Origin: an uncultured Actinomycetota bacterium
GTDB lineage: Bacteria > Actinomycetota > Actinomycetes > CAWDCV01
Direction of reading: 5' to 3'
Assembly: GCA_963801015.1 (NCBI GenBank)
Contig: CAWDCV010000002.1
Span: forward strand, 21,867 to 85,866
Length of the DNA stretch: 64,000 nucleotides
The position numbers and the translations under genes are program-made. A model generated the notes under the pieces. That model was not told where the DNA came from. It made no database searches and worked only from the letters and a program-made list of their open reading frames with translations. Below, in pieces: positions 54,230 through 63,293 of this stretch. Each line of letters starts with the position of its first letter. Position 1 is the stretch's first letter.

Positions 54230-54432
54230 GTGCCGAAGTGGCCTCGCACGTCGTCCATGACGTCGGAGATGCTCGTTTCGCTGGACGTCCGGCGCGGGAC
54301 GGTCCGCATGTCTGCGATCCAGTCGCTCAGGCCAGCCGTGCGGATCGCCCGCTCCACCGCGTCCTGCGTGAGCGCCGAAAGGGGCAGGTTGCGCTCGCGC
54401 GCCTCGCGGTAAAGGTCATCAGGAAGGTACAC
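54226..54432 (-). CDS. vapB: VapB-type ribbon-helix-helix antitoxin
   Basis: VYLPDDLYREARERNLPLSALTQDAVERAIR RHH motif. GTG at 54432 with AAGG upstream. The stop overlaps the vapC ATG by 4 nt. Confidence 0.55.
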   Translation of the reverse strand: MYLPDDLYREARERNLPLSALTQDAVERAIRTAGLSDWIADMRTVPRRTSSETSISDVMDDVRGHFGT

Positions 54433-54606
54433 ACTGACCTTGGGTATACCCCGAGTGTCCCCCGCTACGCTGGCCGCCCATGCTTCAGTAAGTCCGCGCT
54501 GAGCGGCGGCCCGGCCCGCTGGTGCCACGAGGCCGTCACCGGGGCACCGGTGTGGCTGATGCCAGCGTCTGGCTGGCGGCGGAGCACCTTGAGCCGAGAG
54601 GTCGAC

Positions 54607-56205
54607 ATGCGTACCGGCCCAGACGAAGGGGTTGAACCCGAGCGCTCCGGGAGCCGTCGACTCATGCTCCTGCTGGCGGCGGCGATGTTCGTCCTGGTGG
54701 TCGACACGTCCTTAATGAATGTGTCGATCTCCGCGGTCATCACGGACCTGGACACGACGGCCAGCGGCGTGCAATCCGCGATCGCTCTTGAAGCACTGGT
54801 CTCGGCGGCGTTCATCTTGATCAACAGCAAGGTCGGCGACCTGATCGGCCGGAAGCGGGCCTATGTCGCGGGGTTGCTTGCGTATGCCGTCGGAGCGTTC
54901 GCAATGACTCTTGCGCAGGGACTGACGGCGATCGTGATCTTTTGGGCGATCATCGGTGGTCTCGGAGCCTCACTGCTACTGCCGGCTATGCAGTCGCTGA
55001 TCCACGGCAATTTTGCGGGTGCTGCCCAGAGGCAGGCGTACGCACTGGTCGGTGCCGCGGCCGCCATTGCTGCCGCGATCGGTCCACTGCTCGGCGGGTT
55101 CGTCACGACCTACCTTTCGTGGCGGGTCGGATTCGCGCTGGAGGTCGTGATCATCGTCGTCGTACTGAGCCAGATCGGGTTGGTCCGCGACGTCCCTTAC
55201 ACCGGGTCCCGCCAGGTCGACGTGATCGGCGCCATCCTGTCCGTCGTCGGCATGGGCGGCGTCGTGCTCGGGATCCTCGTCTGGCAAGAGGGCGGTGAGT
55301 TCGTCGGCTTGCTCATCGCGGTCGGTGTCGTGGCCTTGGTGGCGCTTGCCCGGTGGCTGATCAGGCGCAAGCGCGCCGGCCTGGTAACTCTGCTCGACCC
55401 GGACCTGTTCAGGCATCCGACTTTCACGGCCGGGGCCTCGGGTCAGATGCTGCAGCAGGTGACGCTGGGTGGGGCGATGATCGCCCTGCCGCTGTTCTTC
55501 CAAATGACGCTTGAGTACAACGCTCTACAGGCCGGCCTGTCACTGACACCGCTGTCCCTGACCATGTTCGCAACGGCGCTGGTTGTCGGCAAGAAAGCCG
55601 GTGACCGGCGTCCCGCCGCGATCATCCGCGCCGGCTTCTTGCTGGCCAGCCTCGGGATCGCGATCATCATCCCGTTCGTCCCACGGGCAGACACCGGCTG
55701 GTACTTCGTGCTCCCGCTCGCCATAGTCGGTTGTGGCTTGGGCCTGTTGGTAAGCCAGCTCAACAACTACACACTCGCACCCATCGAGGAGGAGCGGGTC
55801 AGCGAGGCCGCCGGCGTGAACTCGGCCGCCGGGTCCTTCGGACTCTCCTTCGGCCTTGCCATGGCTGGGGGCATCTTGCTCGCGGCCCTGTCGGTGAGCT
55901 TCACCCAACTGGTCGAGAACAGTCAGGTCATTCCGCAAGCCCAGCAAGAGCGGATCGCCGCCGCCCTCGAGGACGATGCCGAGGTCATGAGCAACACCCA
56001 ACTCGAGGAGCAGATCAGCGGCCAGCCCCCGGCGGTGGAGGCGGAGGTCGTGGCCATCAACAACGAGGCCCGCAACCTTTCGCTACAGATCGCCCTGCTG
56101 GTGCCGCTCCTCGCAAGCTTGCTCGGACTCGGCAACTCGTTTCGAATGCTGCGCCTGCCGGACCAGAAACCGGCGTCGTCAATTGACGGAATGGACTTCG
56201 GCTGA
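54607..56205 (+). CDS. MFS transporter, DHA2 (14-TMS drug:H+ antiporter) family
   Basis: Last 532 codons of the 810-aa ORF. ATG 54607. MFS motif A (GDLIGRKRAY). About 14 TM segments. Confidence 0.85.
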   Translation: MRTGPDEGVEPERSGSRRLMLLLAAAMFVLVVDTSLMNVSISAVITDLDTTASGVQSAIALEALVSAAFILINSKVGDLIGRKRAYVAGLLAYAVGAFAMTLAQGLTAIVIFWAIIGGLGASLLLPAMQSLIHGNFAGAAQRQAYALVGAAAAIAAAIGPLLGGFVTTYLSWRVGFALEVVIIVVVLSQIGLVRDVPYTGSRQVDVIGAILSVVGMGGVVLGILVWQEGGEFVGLLIAVGVVALVALARWLIRRKRAGLVTLLDPDLFRHPTFTAGASGQMLQQVTLGGAMIALPLFFQMTLEYNALQAGLSLTPLSLTMFATALVVGKKAGDRRPAAIIRAGFLLASLGIAIIIPFVPRADTGWYFVLPLAIVGCGLGLLVSQLNNYTLAPIEEERVSEAAGVNSAAGSFGLSFGLAMAGGILLAALSVSFTQLVENSQVIPQAQQERIAAALEDDAEVMSNTQLEEQISGQPPAVEAEVVAINNEARNLSLQIALLVPLLASLLGLGNSFRMLRLPDQKPASSIDGMDFG

Positions 56206-56555
56206 CCCACCAACTCGCCAGCTCCAGAAGCGCAAGCGGAGTGTGGGACGTTTCTCCATCGACCAGTGATTAACCACTGAGCGCGAGAAGCGCGGAAGGT
56301 GCCATCCGAGTGGAGCCAAGGGGACAATTGTCGAACCCTCAAGCCCTGGAGATGGTGGGCTGAACAGTCGGTCGCCAGGATCGCTGCTGACAGTCAGCCA
56401 CCCTCCCCTAGCCCACCGATCCGGCGACCACGTGAGTGTGCACTTGGCAACTGAGCCACAGGAGCAGCCGCAATCGCGCCACCGCCTCTTGTGATGTCGA
56501 CGTGGAGCGGCGTGTCGGGAGGTATCCCCGCAGATCGACGGCGCGCTGAGCTAGT

Positions 56556-58268
56556 TCAGAGGATCCCTGTGTCGACGATGTGGTGTCGAATGCCGTACGA
56601 CGCCGCGGCGGTGCGGGAACGGACGCCTAGCTTGTCGAAGATGTTGCTCACGTGACGGTGCACCGTGCGCTCGCTGAGGAACAACTCTGTCGCAATCGCG
56701 TGGTTGGTCCTGCCGGCCGCAATGAGCCTCAGCACCTCGATCTCGCGGGCGCTCAGGCCGTGGGGATTGTCCAGCTTGGCTGGGTTCAACAGGGTCTCGA
56801 CCCGGCGCAGATCGGGGCGGGCGCCCAGACGGGCGAAGGTCGCTCGCGCCGCCTCGAGCTCGAGCTTGGCGGCCTCCTCGTCCCCTACGGACCGACAAGC
56901 AAGGGCGATGAGGACGGACAAGGTCGCCACAGCGTAGGGAGCGTCAACCTCACGCCACCACTGCGTCGCGCCGCGCAGCAGCGGCAGGGCGGTCGCGGCG
57001 TCGCGCTCGGCCAGCGCAACCGCGCCGCGGGCGGCGTGGACCTCGGCTTGGATAGCCGCCGTGTCGTACACCTCGCCTATGAGGGCCATTTCGGCAACCG
57101 CCGCGCGAGCCGCATCAATGTCCCCCGCGGCAAGCATGATGGTGACCCAAGCCGAGAGCAGATCCAGCCGGTCGATTTGTCCTTGGGTCTCGGTGAGTGC
57201 TCGTCGAATGCCGGCCACTGCGGTGTCGATGTCGTCCTGAGCGAGTCTCAGCAAAGCCAGACCGGGGTGGGTCGACGCGCCGCACTCGCCCGCACGGCGA
57301 TAGGCCTCCTCAGCTTCCGGGTTCCCGAGCAGCCGGTGCATCTCACCGAGCTGGTAGAAGGCATGGCCGGCGACGAGCTGTCCATAGCCGCTGCTTAGGG
57401 CGTCACATACCACAGCCACCTCATCCAGGGCTGCTCGCCAGGCACCGCACAGGCGCAACAGGTAAGACCGGTAGATTCGGCAATTGCCGAAGTAGGCACC
57501 ACCAAGTCCAGGGAGTGAGTCGAGCCACGCACCCAACGCGAGAGTCCACTCACGAACTCGAGCAAACTCGCGGATCTCGTGACAGGTGGCGATTGCGGCG
57601 CAGTACAACATGCTCCTCGCCCGGGGCGAGGTGTCGCCGTCGATCACCGGCAGCATCGCCTCGTCGAGTCGGCTGAGGCCTTCCTTGAGTCGTCCTGCCT
57701 TGATCAATGCCCGGCCCAAGACCGAAGTGGCGAAGGCATGCAGATCGATTTGACGACCTCGTGCCGCGTCTGCGGCAGCACGTGACAAGAGCTGTATTGC
57801 CGCGTCGTAGTCGGCAATCGCGATCAATGAATAGGCGTCGGTGATCAGAAGCCAGCCGTGGTTGTCGATGGGCACCGGGTGTCCGTGGTGCTCCTGGCTG
57901 ACCAGCGCCTCGGGGATGGGCACCTCCTCTTCGAGGCGTTCCTGCGCGAGGCGCCGCACCTGAGCCACCCAACCGTTTGCCCGCGCGAACTCCGCGTTGA
58001 TGATCAGTGCCTGCCATAACCAGAAGGCGGACGTGAGCGCTCGGTCGGTCTCGCCCGCCTCGACGCAGGACTGGTAGGCACGCCGAAGAAGCCTGATTGC
58101 CTCGTCCCCCGGTCCGAGCACCTGCGCTGCCTCGGCAAAGGCCTCCAGATCGTCGACCGCCAGCGGCTGCAGTGCATCCGCCGCCGCGAACTCGTCGCAC
58201 GCCTCAGCCCATCGCGACTGCAGATGCAGCTCGCGCGCCCGGGCCAGACGAGTGGCTACGTCCGCCAT
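56556..58268 (-). CDS. LuxR-family transcriptional regulator with TPR-like N-terminal domain
   Basis: C-terminal [49 protein letters not shown] long helical-repeat N-region. Start uncertain (58268 or 58331). Confidence 0.75.
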   Translation of the reverse strand: MADVATRLARARELHLQSRWAEACDEFAAADALQPLAVDDLEAFAEAAQVLGPGDEAIRLLRRAYQSCVEAGETDRALTSAFWLWQALIINAEFARANGWVAQVRRLAQERLEEEVPIPEALVSQEHHGHPVPIDNHGWLLITDAYSLIAIADYDAAIQLLSRAAADAARGRQIDLHAFATSVLGRALIKAGRLKEGLSRLDEAMLPVIDGDTSPRARSMLYCAAIATCHEIREFARVREWTLALGAWLDSLPGLGGAYFGNCRIYRSYLLRLCGAWRAALDEVAVVCDALSSGYGQLVAGHAFYQLGEMHRLLGNPEAEEAYRRAGECGASTHPGLALLRLAQDDIDTAVAGIRRALTETQGQIDRLDLLSAWVTIMLAAGDIDAARAAVAEMALIGEVYDTAAIQAEVHAARGAVALAERDAATALPLLRGATQWWREVDAPYAVATLSVLIALACRSVGDEEAAKLELEAARATFARLGARPDLRRVETLLNPAKLDNPHGLSAREIEVLRLIAAGRTNHAIATELFLSERTVHRHVSNIFDKLGVRSRTAAASYGIRHHIVDTGIL

Positions 58269-58443
58269 CAAGGCCCCCTTCCCATACACCAGCATCCACG
58301 ACCAGCAGGGGCTGTCGGTAGATCTACCCACGCTGATGGGTGCCGAATGGCCCGCTGTGCCGATGCCGGAGCCTGAAGGCTGCAGCCAACCTCAGGGGAG
58401 ATGCACACCGAACCGCGGAGCGCACCGAGCAAAGGAGACCGTC

Positions 58444-58854
58444 ATGGCTGCACCATTCATCTTCATCGGAACGCACCAGGCGAAGCCCGGCAGGCTAGAG
58501 GAGTTCAAAGCCTGGTTTGCCGACTTCTGTGACATCGTCGTCGAGCCGAACGAACCCCGCCTGCTCTCGTTCAATGCCTACGCGAACCCCGATGCCGGCG
58601 AGGTCACCGTGGTCCAGGTCCACCCGGACGCGGAGTCCATGGTTCATCACATGTCGGTCATCGCCGAGCACGTGGCCCAGGCGTACATGCAGTTTCTCGA
58701 GCGGGAGAGTCGCTGGCAGATCTACGGGACTCCTCGAGCAGGTGTCATGGAGCTGATTCAGCAGATGGGTGGCCCGGCAGAACCCGTCACGAGCCAAGAG
58801 CCGTTCGCCGGCTTCACCCGACTCGGAAACTCCACGACCGCCGCCAGCCGCTAA
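58444..58854 (+). CDS. ABM-like small protein (antibiotic-biosynthesis-monooxygenase-type dimeric alpha+beta barrel), paralog 1
   Basis: ATG 58444 after AAAGGAGA. Sequence PFIFIGTHQAKPGRLEEFKAWFADF...VTVVQVHPDAESMVHHM. Confidence 0.55.
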   Translation: MAAPFIFIGTHQAKPGRLEEFKAWFADFCDIVVEPNEPRLLSFNAYANPDAGEVTVVQVHPDAESMVHHMSVIAEHVAQAYMQFLERESRWQIYGTPRAGVMELIQQMGGPAEPVTSQEPFAGFTRLGNSTTAASR

Positions 58855-58888
58855 ACACGGGCGAGGAGGCAGCCAGCCGTTCATCGTG

Positions 58889-59239
58889 ATGGCCACCCTC
58901 GGGATCAAGGAAAGCTTGAGGATCCTGCGAGGTAGCGGCGACCGTTGGGGAACGCGAGACGCGATTGACCGCTTCCGCGCGATCGTCAATGACGATGAAA
59001 CTGAGATGACGATCATCCAGGTGCGGCCTGATACCGCTTCGGTGGATTTCCATATGCAAGTTCTCGGCAACAAGCTCCGAGAGCACAGGGCCACGGCACT
59101 CGCTGAGCTCGTCGAGCCGAAGCACGTCGGAGCAGTGCGGCACGCCCAAGCGAAAGGACCCGAGAGACGGACCGGCAAGTTTCCGGGCTCGCCGTTGACA
59201 TCAAGTGCATGCACCGAGGCGGGTTCACTTGGGCCATGA
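58889..59239 (+). CDS. ABM-like small protein, paralog 2
   Basis: PFIVMATLGIKESLRIL...MTIIQVRPDTASVDFHMQVL, collinear with paralog 1. Start uncertain (GTG 58886 or ATG 58889). Confidence 0.45.
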   Translation: MATLGIKESLRILRGSGDRWGTRDAIDRFRAIVNDDETEMTIIQVRPDTASVDFHMQVLGNKLREHRATALAELVEPKHVGAVRHAQAKGPERRTGKFPGSPLTSSACTEAGSLGP

Positions 59240-59999
59240 CATGACTGCGAAGATGCGAGTGGGGCATCTAGGACGCTACCTAGAACCCCGCTTGCTGGAC
59301 GGGCCTGCCGGGGCCGGGAGGGCGCTCCGCGTCTGAACGCCGACGTCCGGTCAGCGCGCAGGTGGGTAGGGCGATCCAGCCTTCCTGTCGTGGCGGCGGC
59401 GGCCTGGCCAAGTCCTGGTGATGTGGCGAGGCTCAGCGATGCGGCGTGGGCTGTCAAGGCCGCGACCACGGCGTCGAGGGCGTCGCCAAGACGGCGGCAG
59501 TCGTTCTCGAAGCGGTGTGCCGATCCGGTCGGCGGCGACGCTGAGCGGTCGCAGCCCGGTGGCCTCGCGAACGGCCGCGTCGTGACCCGGTAGGCGAGCC
59601 GGGGTCGCCACTCCTTGTCGACGACATCGGTAGGCACGACGAGATGCCTGGCCCTGGTGGGCGACGACGAAGTCGACGAACGGCACCGGCCAGCCGAGGG
59701 ACAGTCGATCCTAGCCTTCGCGGAGTCTCGGATGGCCCCGATGACCGCCCGGTCTTCGGCGCTGAGGACCAGGTCAGTGAGCTGGGCCCCGGACGGTGAC
59801 CACGTAATCTGCGCGACCGCGCCTTGACCGGCTCCGCTGCGAGATTGATTCCGACGGTCTGCCTCGGCCAAGGCTAGGCCGCCCCCGGCGGCCGCGGGCT
59901 CTCGCGAAGCTATGGCAGTGGGCAGTGGGCGCCGTTAGCCTCAGCGTCGGAGGAGAAGGAACGAGTCCGGTCAGGGCCCCTCAAAGGAGGATCAGCGTC

Positions 60000-60488
60000 A
60001 TGCCGAAGATCTCAACGGGCGAGGACATCGAGTTCCATCCTGCACTCGTCAAACTGGCCGCTGACGGCTCCCCGGACGTCGTTGCATTATCAGGATTCAT
60101 CGGCCCCTCCTCGAACGAGGGTTGCATCACTCTGTATCGGGACCTTCGGAAGCTTGAGCGGAGTCTTGAGGTCCGGCTGTCCGACATCGTGCATGTCGAG
60201 GACATCCCGGAATCGAGTGTCCCTTTCGGTGCGAAGAGAATATGGGTGCGGAAGGGCGCCGATCTGGAGCTTCGGATCTCGAGCGTCCGGCGTGTGGAAA
60301 CAACGGAGTCCGCCCCCGGGTTCGTCGAGTCGAGTGCGGGACGGTTGAGGATGCGCCGACCCGTTCGCGAAAAGGCGGCAGACTGTCATTCCTGGTGTGA
60401 GACTCTGTGCGCAAGTCACTGCGAATATTCCGAACACTGCGACCTCACCTGCAGCATCCCGAAGTTGCCCGGGCCGGCGCCCGAATGA
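60000..60488 (+). CDS. hypothetical 162-aa protein with C-terminal Cys/His ladder (cassette gene A)
   Basis: ATG 60000, 9 nt after AAAGGAGG. C-terminus CHSWCETLCASHCEYSEHCDLTC (C-x3-C-x3-C-x3-C-x5-C-x3-C). Stop overlaps the next ATG (ATGA). Confidence 0.6.
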   Translation: MPKISTGEDIEFHPALVKLAADGSPDVVALSGFIGPSSNEGCITLYRDLRKLERSLEVRLSDIVHVEDIPESSVPFGAKRIWVRKGADLELRISSVRRVETTESAPGFVESSAGRLRMRRPVREKAADCHSWCETLCASHCEYSEHCDLTCSIPKLPGPAPE

Positions 60489-61165
60489 CCATCACCGACC
60501 ACGCGCCATGCCTGCATCCTGCGCTCGACTATCGCGCTCCGTTCGTCATCGAGAAGTTGGTGCGGGACCAGATCGTGGACAGCGACGAAGAAGGCGAGGA
60601 GCTCTTTCGGGAGGCGCTGCGATACCTGGTCCTTGCGGAGTCGGACCGGTCGATGACCTGGAAGATGTACTCGACACGGGTCGACGAGGCCTGGCACCAG
60701 TTCGTCCTCTTCACGGTGAAGTACACCGAGTTCTGCCACGAGTTCTTCGGTGGATACCGGCACCACGCGCCAAGTAACGCGCCGGCCCCGACGTCGGCAC
60801 CGGAGTCCAGGCCCGCCGTCGAGGAGTCGACGTTCGAGCAGTTCAGCCAAAGGTACGAGGAGTTGTTCGGCGAAACGCTGCCGGAGGTGTGGTACGACCA
60901 CCGGACGATCACGCTGCGACGGCGTCTCGTCAACGGTCACGTCGGTAGGCTCACGCTGGCCGAGGGCCCGGATACGGTCGAACTGATCGGCCCGACCGGG
61001 CTGGTGGTGTTCGAGGTGAACGACATCGCCTGTGAGGCGTTGCGGTTCATCGCCTTGCACGGCGCATTCTACGTGCGGGAGCTTCCGGGCGACCTCACCG
61101 ACGAGGAGAAGATCGCGCTGGCGTCCGGTCTGGTCGAATGCACCGTGCTGCGTATCGCGGCCTGA
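60485..61165 (+). CDS. hypothetical 226-aa protein with a W-H...Y...FC...G...HH-P motif (cassette gene B)
   Basis: Translationally coupled to gene A. Central motif DEAWHQFVLFTVKYTEFCHEFFGGYRHHAP, possibly DUF1399-like. No catalytic family recognised. Confidence 0.55.
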   Translation: MTITDHAPCLHPALDYRAPFVIEKLVRDQIVDSDEEGEELFREALRYLVLAESDRSMTWKMYSTRVDEAWHQFVLFTVKYTEFCHEFFGGYRHHAPSNAPAPTSAPESRPAVEESTFEQFSQRYEELFGETLPEVWYDHRTITLRRRLVNGHVGRLTLAEGPDTVELIGPTGLVVFEVNDIACEALRFIALHGAFYVRELPGDLTDEEKIALASGLVECTVLRIAA

Positions 61166-61178
61166 GACCCGTCCTGCA

Positions 61179-61718
61179 GTGGTCAATCCGTTGGTGGTCC
61201 GGGCGCTGAAAATCGTGGGGCAAGGTAGCGATCGCCGGGCGCTAGACATCGGCCCCGGCGATCTGTCGAATACCCGCTACCTGCTCGACCACGGCGTGGC
61301 CGTCGACGTCGTCGACCGCAACCCCGCCGTGGTCGACCAGGCCGCCGCCCTCGATCATTCCGGCGTACGCGCGTTCTACGCCGACATCCGGCGGTTCCTG
61401 ATCGAACGCGAGCGCTACCACCTCGTGGTCGCGCTCACCGTCCCGAAAGTCCTGCGACCGCACGCGGTCTCGTCGATGTTGGCGGCCGCCCGGAGAGGGA
61501 TGGTCGACGAGGGCGTGCTCTGCTGCACGTTGCTCGGCAACCGGGATTCCTGGGCCCGCCCAGGTCCGCCGGCGACCTCGTTCACCAAGACAGAATGCGA
61601 GCGGCTCGTCAGCGACTGGCCTGGCGTCCGGCTCAAGGAGATCGAGTTCGACGGGAAGGACCGGCGCGGGGCCGACAAACACTGGCACTGGTACGCACTG
61701 CTGCTGAGCCGGCGGTGA
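61179..61718 (+). CDS. small class I SAM-dependent methyltransferase (cassette gene C)
   Basis: GTG 61179, 13 nt after the gene B stop. Contains ALDIGPGDLSNTRYLLDHGVAVDVVDRNPAVV motif I and post-I acidic residue, and LVVALTV. Confidence 0.65.
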   Translation: MVNPLVVRALKIVGQGSDRRALDIGPGDLSNTRYLLDHGVAVDVVDRNPAVVDQAAALDHSGVRAFYADIRRFLIERERYHLVVALTVPKVLRPHAVSSMLAAARRGMVDEGVLCCTLLGNRDSWARPGPPATSFTKTECERLVSDWPGVRLKEIEFDGKDRRGADKHWHWYALLLSRR

Positions 61719-61739
61719 GACGCCCGCGACGGGCGGCGG

Positions 61740-62060
61740 CCTCGCTGATCTGTACGACCGGCTGCACCGGCGTGTAGTTCGGGAAGTCGGCCATGATCTT
61801 CTCGGTGTGCGGCCCGAACGAGCCCTGGAAGTCCTCGATCGTGTCGAAGAGCAGGTAGCCGGACGCGATGTACGGCGCCGGCGCACCCGGCCCGCCGGCC
61901 AGGCGCGTACACCCTCTGCTGCAATACCCACGATTCGCCCGGCTCCCCGCACGTATCGTGCAGCCAATCTGCAACGTCAGACAACATGAGTGCCAAGCCG
62001 TAATGGATAATCCTTGACATCTCCCGCCGGAGCCGGACACCGTCGTCTCTGATCTCTTCG
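61740..62060 (-). pseudogene. EthD-like / dimeric alpha+beta barrel gene remnant with frameshift
   Basis: DSIEEIRDDGVRLRREMSRIIHYGLALMLSDVADWLH in one minus frame. APAPYIASGYLLFDTIEDFQGSFGPHTEKIMADFPNYT in another. The junction sits in a GC-rich run. Boundaries approximate. Confidence 0.3.
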
Positions 62061-62329
62061 ATCGAGTCGGTCCGTGCGTATGAATCGTGGTTTGCTGTAA
62101 CAACCCCGGTCACCATTTCGGGGCGTGCGGCGGGAACAGTGGAGATCCGCTTAGAACACCGGGGGCGGGGATGCTCATCTCGTCTGCGAGATACCGGTTT
62201 CGTGAGGTTTCCGGGTACTTGAAGAAGCGCTGGTAATAACCGAGGAATAGGCGAGGAACTGGGAATCGGAATGCCGGGAGCCTCGTCAAAAGGCCCCTCC
62301 GTTGGAAACCCGCAAGTCATGAATTCCTC

Positions 62330-62690
62330 CTGGGCGAGGCCGTTGCCGCATACCAGTTCGGAACACCCGGGCAGTCGCTGATCAACGACGTGGTGATCAC
62401 TCGGGACGGGGCGTGGTTCACCGATTCCCAGCAGCCCCGGCTCTACTTCGTGCCGATCAGCCCAACCGGGGTGCCCGGAGAATTCACCGTACTTGAATTA
62501 ACCGGACCGGCAGCCGACATCAGCGGCGAGTTCAATCTGAACGGAATAGCCGCAACACCCAACGGGCGCATGCTGATCGTCGGGCATTCCACCAATCAAG
62601 CCCTCTACACCGTCGATCCCGTGAGAGAGGCGAGCACGCTTCTCACGAACGTGGCCGATCCAGACGGAATCTCTCGGGACGCTTGCGGCG
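62330..62690 (+). pseudogene. C-terminal fragment of a beta-propeller (SMP-30/gluconolactonase/strictosidine-synthase-like) protein
   Basis: LGEAVAAYQFGTPGQSLINDVVITRDGAWFTDSQQPRLYFVPIS...IVGHSTNQALYTVDP with no start codon and no upstream propeller blades. Preceded by a lower-GC purine-rich stretch. Confidence 0.35.
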
Positions 62691-62816
62691 GCAAGTCGCG
62701 ATCAGCTTGGGCGTCGACGCGTCCCGACCCGTCCCCGCCAAGCAGGGATCAAAGGGTGGCAGTTGGCCGCGGTCGGCACCCACAAGGGGTGAGGCGCCGG
62801 CCGCCGCCGAGCAGCC

Positions 62817-63293
62817 CTAGACGAGGTAAGAGCAGACGACGTCCTGCTCCCCCTCCAGGAAGGAGTGCGGCCCGTGCACCATTGTTGGGCCCTCTTCGCC
62901 CAGAATGAACGAGATGTAGCCGACGTCCCGGATTACCACGCCACCATCCGGGCTCCGGAAGCCCAACGGCAGCCCGGTGACCGTAACCGAGTCACCGCTC
63001 TCGTACGCCCTCCACACCTCGCGCTCAATCAGCGACCCGCCCGGCCCGTGATCGTCGCGCGGAACGTGGAATGGTGCAGCACCGAGCCGATCCTTCAAGG
63101 CCACGGTGCGATCGGTGAACGTGGCCAAGATGGTGATCTCCGCCCCACACAACTCGCTCAGGAACTCGTCGACCTCGGTAAAGGTGTCGGTGAAGGTGGT
63201 CGGTGGATCCGCCACCGCAGTACCGGCGCCTCCCAGCATCGCCACCGCAGCCAATCCGACGGCTGCGCTGACGCGTCCAATGCTCCTCACCAT
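62817..63293 (-). CDS. small secreted protein of unknown function
   Basis: Last 158 codons of the 265-aa ORF. Signal peptide MVRSIGRVSAAVGLAAVAMLGGAGTAVA. Confidence 0.5.
   Translation of the reverse strand: MVRSIGRVSAAVGLAAVAMLGGAGTAVADPPTTFTDTFTEVDEFLSELCGAEITILATFTDRTVALKDRLGAAPFHVPRDDHGPGGSLIEREVWRAYESGDSVTVTGLPLGFRSPDGGVVIRDVGYISFILGEEGPTMVHGPHSFLEGEQDVVCSYLV

Noticed and set aside
53773-54606. N-terminal 278 codons of the 810-aa ORF upstream of the MFS start
   Set aside because: Antisense to vapBC. The MFS protein begins at ATG 54607 (MRTGPDEG...).
58495-59239. C-terminal half of the 458-aa minus-strand ORF
   Set aside because: Antisense to the two RBS-supported ABM-like genes. Its N-terminal part (59240-59871) remains unexplained and is reported as a finding.
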